Source: Okamejei kenojei
Lineage: Eukaryota
Reading direction: 5' to 3'
DNA length: 64,000 bases
Assembly (NCBI GenBank): GCA_035221665.1
Contig: CM069158.1
Location: 12,586,001-12,650,000 of the forward strand
Shown here: positions 60,301 to 64,000 of the stretch, in pieces
Layout: each line of letters opens with the position of its first letter
Position numbering within the stretch: position 1 is the stretch's first letter
Translations under genes and position numbers: made by a program
The notes under the pieces: generated by a model
The model's database searches: none
Told to the model about the DNA's origin: nothing
Seen by the model: only the letters and a program-made list of their open reading frames with translations

Positions 60301-60780
60301 AGTCCTGCTGTCGGCACTGCCGGATCGTCCAGCCGCATCAATGATGCAGTTGAAGTCACCGGCCAGAACGAGCTGCCGGGACGTGGCCAGCAGCACTGGG
60401 AGCTGCTGGAGAACGGCCAGCCGCTCGCTCTGCGTGGGTGAGGCATACACATTTATCAGCCGGAGCGGAGAGCCACGGTACATAACATCCACCACGAGGA
60501 GACGCCCTCCAACCACTTCCTTGACCTCAGTGATGGTGAAGTTCCCTCCCCGCAGCAAAATCCCCAGGCCGGAAGCACGACAGTCATTTCCCCCCGACCA
60601 CACAGACAGTCCGTGGGGCCACCATCGCGACCACCTCCGATAGCAGCGGAGGTGTGGCAGCCCGCACTCCTGAAGAAAAGTCACATCTGCCTTGACCTTG
60701 GCCAGGTACTGTAAGGCATTAACACATCGCGCAGTGCTCTTTATACTGCGCACGTTTAAAGATGCCAGTTTGAGCTCCAT
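57363..60780 (-). pseudogene. Tx1 ORF2: APE endonuclease, reverse transcriptase and C-terminal Cys/His finger (multiple frameshifts)
   Basis: Endonuclease motifs LASLNVRSIK, FLQE, LINVYA, AGDFNC, SRIDF, FSDH. RT motifs KTPGSDGLPAE, NWRPITLLN, LDQEKAFDRI, GVRQGCPLSP, LYMDD (~58686-58700). C-terminal finger CPRDGCYGEETVAHLFTEC. Confidence 0.93.
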
Positions 60781-60791
60781 TGTCTTTAGAG

Positions 60792-62436
60792 TCACTGGCC
60801 ATTTCCATGTCCCATCATCCCCACCGCTTCGGTGAATTGCCTCAGCTTTCCTGGGCTCAGGAATCCAGCGGTGAGGTGAGTATCAGGTGGCGTAACCAAA
60901 GTTGTCGTTGCGGGGGGCCTTCTCGTTCCACCCCCCTTTTGGGCATGCCGCTTCCTTTGTCTTCTGTAGCTGGGGCCCAATGGCCTCTGCGCTGCTCCCG
61001 GTCGCCCGGAGCTGGGGCCCAATGGCCTCTGCGCTGCTCCCGGTCGCCCGGAGCTGGGGCCCATGGGCCGCTGCGATGCTCCCGGTCGCCCGGAGCTGGG
61101 GCCCATCGGCCGCTGCAATGCTCCCGGTCGCCCGGAGCTGGGGCCCATCGGCCGTTGCACTGCTCCCAGTCCCCTGGAGCTGGGGTCCACTTGCCGTTGT
61201 GATGATTCCTGTCTCCGGGGCCTGGAGCCCCTCAACCACTGCGCTGCTCCCGATGTCCTGGGGCTGGAGCCCCTCGGCCACTTCTCTGCTCTCGGTCTCC
61301 TTTTCCTCCCCCGTTTTCTTCCTCTGCCTCCCTCGTTGGGACTTCCCGGTCGCCTCATCCTCCGACGAGGAGGAGAGGTTGCTGCCTTCTGTAAGAGAGA
61401 GACACCTTTTTTTGTGATTTTCTTTTGGACTTACCACTCTTTTCCGGCCTTGGCTCTTTGGGCTGACCCCTCTTCTTATACTTCACCATTGTCCATTTCT
61501 CCTGCTGTTCCCCCTCCTCCATCGACTCTCCCTCCTGGGCAGGATGCTGGGCGTCTCCTTCTGGCACTTGGGGCCTCGAGGTGGTCGGGCTGTCCTCGTC
61601 CGTGTTCCCTCTTTCTGCTGGGGTCTTGGCAGTGGTGGGGGGTGCCTCACCCCCCTTTGGGGTGCTGGCAGCAGCCCCTCTTGTTGCCTGTGCGTAGGTG
61701 CAGGCTCTTTTAGGGCAAGCCCTGTAAAGGTGGCCTGCCTCCCCGCACAGGTTGCAGTTCTTGCTGGCCTGACAGTCCTTTGTCTCATGGCCCTCCATCT
61801 TGCAGTTTTTGCAGACAACTGCAGTGCATTGGGCCATCACATGCCCAGGTTTGTTGCATTTCCTGCACAGCCTGGGTTGCCCTACATAGCTCAAGTACCC
61901 TCGGTTTTTCCTCCAATCGCGAAAACCGAGGGGGGTGGACGATTTCTCCCATCCTTGTCCACCCTCAGCTTTACCTTGACTTGCCGCTTGCTGGTCCAAA
62001 TCCCGTGCATGTCCTTGACGTCCACACAGTTTCCTGTTCCCTCAACGTAACGAGCAAGGAAGGTGAGGACATCCACTACGGGCACATGTGGGTTAAACAT
62101 GTGCACCGTAATGAACCTTTCCTTCTGGGTGGGGAGGGTGAAGAGCGGCTGCACTTTCAGCAGCGACAGCGGAGCTTCATTTCCCCTCTCCCGGAAGACT
62201 TCCATCACCTTCTGCCATCCCGTTGGATACTTGAAGGTAACATCAAAATATCCGTTACCCGGAAAATCCTGGAGGCAGTAGATGTCCTTGGCCTCGAATT
62301 TGCAGGCCTCTAGCAAGACCTTCTTCACGAACAGGTCTCGTGAGAAGGGGTTCCCCTTGCTGAGGTCCTTGACGCTTATTCGCAGGGTATTCCGAATACC
62401 CTGCACTCCTGCTGCTGCTCCTGCTCCTGCTGACAT
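60792..62436 (-). pseudogene. Tx1 ORF1 (gag-like, three CCHC zinc knuckles; frameshifted)
   Basis: Starts MSAGAG..IRNTLRI..IYCLQDFPGNGYFDVTF. Knuckles are CRKCNKPGHVMAQC, CKNCKMEGHETKDC and CNLCGEAGHLYRAC. Confidence 0.9.
60968..61280 (-). repeat. 42-bp minisatellite within Tx1 ORF1
   Basis: About 5 close and 2 degenerate units of GCTGGGGCCCAATGGCCTCTGCGCTGCTCCCGGTCGCCCGGA (14-aa period). Confidence 0.95.
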
Positions 62437-62594
62437 TGTGGCTGAATAAGGTGTTAGGTTGGTTTCCCAACCAGCATGGATCCACCTCTAAGCCTGCAGC
62501 CGACCGACTCCTCAACGATTTCGCTCCGCAATCCACAGCCCTTGTCCTCAGGAACCGCCAGAACTGTTTGATAAGAACAGATAGTCTCTTTCAC

Positions 62595-62637
62595 ATAAGA
62601 ACAGATACTACACTTGATCTTAGCCAAAAGGCCGAGA
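62595..62637 (-). ncRNA. RNU2: U2 snRNA 5' fragment (nt ~7-49), not a complete gene
   Basis: The minus strand reads TCTCGGCCTTTTGGCTAAGATCAAGTGTAGTATCTGTTCTTAT, identical to vertebrate U2 including the branch-point recognition sequence GTAGTA. Confidence 0.95.
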
Positions 62638-63004
62638 CTGCAGTATGTGGCTGATCCCTGTTCTAACACAACTAATTCTCCTTATCCTGGTAGCAGACTC
62701 TCAGACCATTGTGGGTATGAGTCCACAGATGGGATAAGGAAAGCAGATTTAGTAGTGTAAACAACCGATCTCCCAGAATCCAAACACTGCCAGTATAAAA
62801 ACCATTCTAATTTAGCTGGCTCCAACACTTAAATTGAGCAGATGTGCATCTTAAAAATCTACAACAGTTAATGTTATTTAAACTACATGAATAGATTGCA
62901 TTGCTTGCAGCTGCATCCAGACATTCATTCAATCTCTCAATGGCATAGAAATTAGAGGTGACATGGGTTGCCTCATGTTCCTGAGAAGAGGAAGAACTGA
63001 GATA

Positions 63005-63300
63005 GTGAGGGGCGTGGGGTGAGGGCTGAGGGCAAGGAGTGTGGGTTTAGGACTGAGGCCCATGGGGCAAGGGGTAAGGGCTGAGGGGTGAGGGGTCAAG
63101 GTTGAGGGGTTTGGGGTGAGGGGTTTGGGGTGAGCGGAGAGGGTTGTGGGGTGAGGGGTGTGGGGTGATGGATGAGGGGTCAGGGGTCATGGGTTTGGAT
63201 TGAGGGGTGTGGGGTGAGGGGTGAGGGTGAGGGGTTTAGGGTTGTGGGGTGAGGGGTTAAAGTGAGGGGGTGAGGAGTGTGGGCTGAGTAGTGAGGGAGA
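63005..63300 (+). repeat. G-rich low-complexity repeat (GGGGTGA/GGGGTGT-like)
   Basis: Dozens of GGG and GGGG runs with short spacers. Confidence 0.9.
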
Positions 63301-63702
63301 AGAGAGAACCCTTAAAACCTGCTGGAAATTTTGAGCATGTGACTGATGGATGAAGTTAGTAAGAAGCTTAACTTTGATGTTTTTGTCAGCTTGGAGACAT
63401 AGATTTTCCATTCTGTCTTACTTAACCTTCAGATTTAACTAAATGTTGCAAAACATATCGTTGGCATTTAAGGCACTTGGGGAGGCCGGATTTTATGCAA
63501 GTTCACATTTTGGGCCATTTGCAACCAAAAGCCCCTGTGTCACCCTAGCTTATTGGAGGTTTAAATAAATACATTGTGTGACTTTGCAGCGAGACACAAC
63601 GTTCTGAAGCAATAAAGTGCAGGTCATGCAGAATCTGTGGAGGGAATGGATTGCCGTTGTTTTGAGTCGGGACTTTTCAACCGAACATCAAGCATTTTAG
63701 CT

Positions 63703-64000
63703 TAGACAATAGACAATAGACAATAGGTGCAGGAGTAGGCCATTTGGCCCTTCAAGCCAGCACCGCCATTCAATGTGATCATGGCTGATCATCCCCAATC
63801 AGTACCCCGTCCCTGCCTTCTCCCCATATCCCCTGACTCCATTATTTTTAAGAGCCCTATCTAGCCCTCTTTTGTAAGCGTCCAGAGATCCTGCCTCCAC
63901 TGCCCTCTGAGGCAGAGAATTCCACAGACTCGCCACTCTCTGTGAGAAAAAGTGTTTCCGTGTCTCCGTTCTAAATGGCATATTTCTTATTCTTAAACTG
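63703..64000 (-). mobile_element. CR1/HER1 LINE 3' end (continues beyond window)
   Basis: Translates to FRTETRKHFFSQRVASLWNSLPQRAVEA. The tail reads (AGACAAT)n on the plus strand. Confidence 0.9.

Larger units (their letters stand above)
57111..62637 (-). mobile_element. Near full-length Tx1-clade non-LTR retrotransposon (Keno-like, U2-associated)
   Basis: Order on the minus strand: U2-derived 5' end, ~160-nt UTR, gag-like ORF1, APE-RT-zinc finger ORF2, 3' UTR, AATAAA (57139-57144), poly(A) (57111-57122). Confidence 0.93.

Noticed and set aside
62595-62637. Functional U2 snRNA gene
   Set aside because: Only 43 of about 190 nt are present, with no Sm site or 3' stem-loops.

Overview
This window is repeat-dense, AT-rich eukaryotic DNA, and I could not identify any host protein-coding exon in it. 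The repeat complement points to a cartilaginous fish, probably a skate or ray (inference): HE1-type V-SINEs, HER1/CR1 LINEs, Rex1/Babar, RTE, Penelope GIY-YIG, Tx1 and several MITEs. Nearly all ORFs in the track are retroelement fragments or spurious. Four observations stand out. (1) Three copies (1750, 24876, 28209) of a ~135-bp non-autonomous retroelement begin with a complete minimal HDV-like self-cleaving ribozyme fold. The predicted cleavage site coincides with the insertion boundary defined by target-site duplications. (2) About 20 Penelope-derived terminal repeats carry a minimal hammerhead ribozyme core, often as inverted pairs. (3) A near full-length Tx1-clade (Keno-like) LINE on the minus strand has U2 snRNA nt 7-49 fused to its 5' end, yet sits outside any U2 gene. 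(4) A 1.2-kb cut-and-paste element with an 8-bp TSD contains an extra internal terminus and a captured CpG-island-like segment. Family names were assigned from recalled motifs, not database searches, and boundaries of decayed repeats are approximate.
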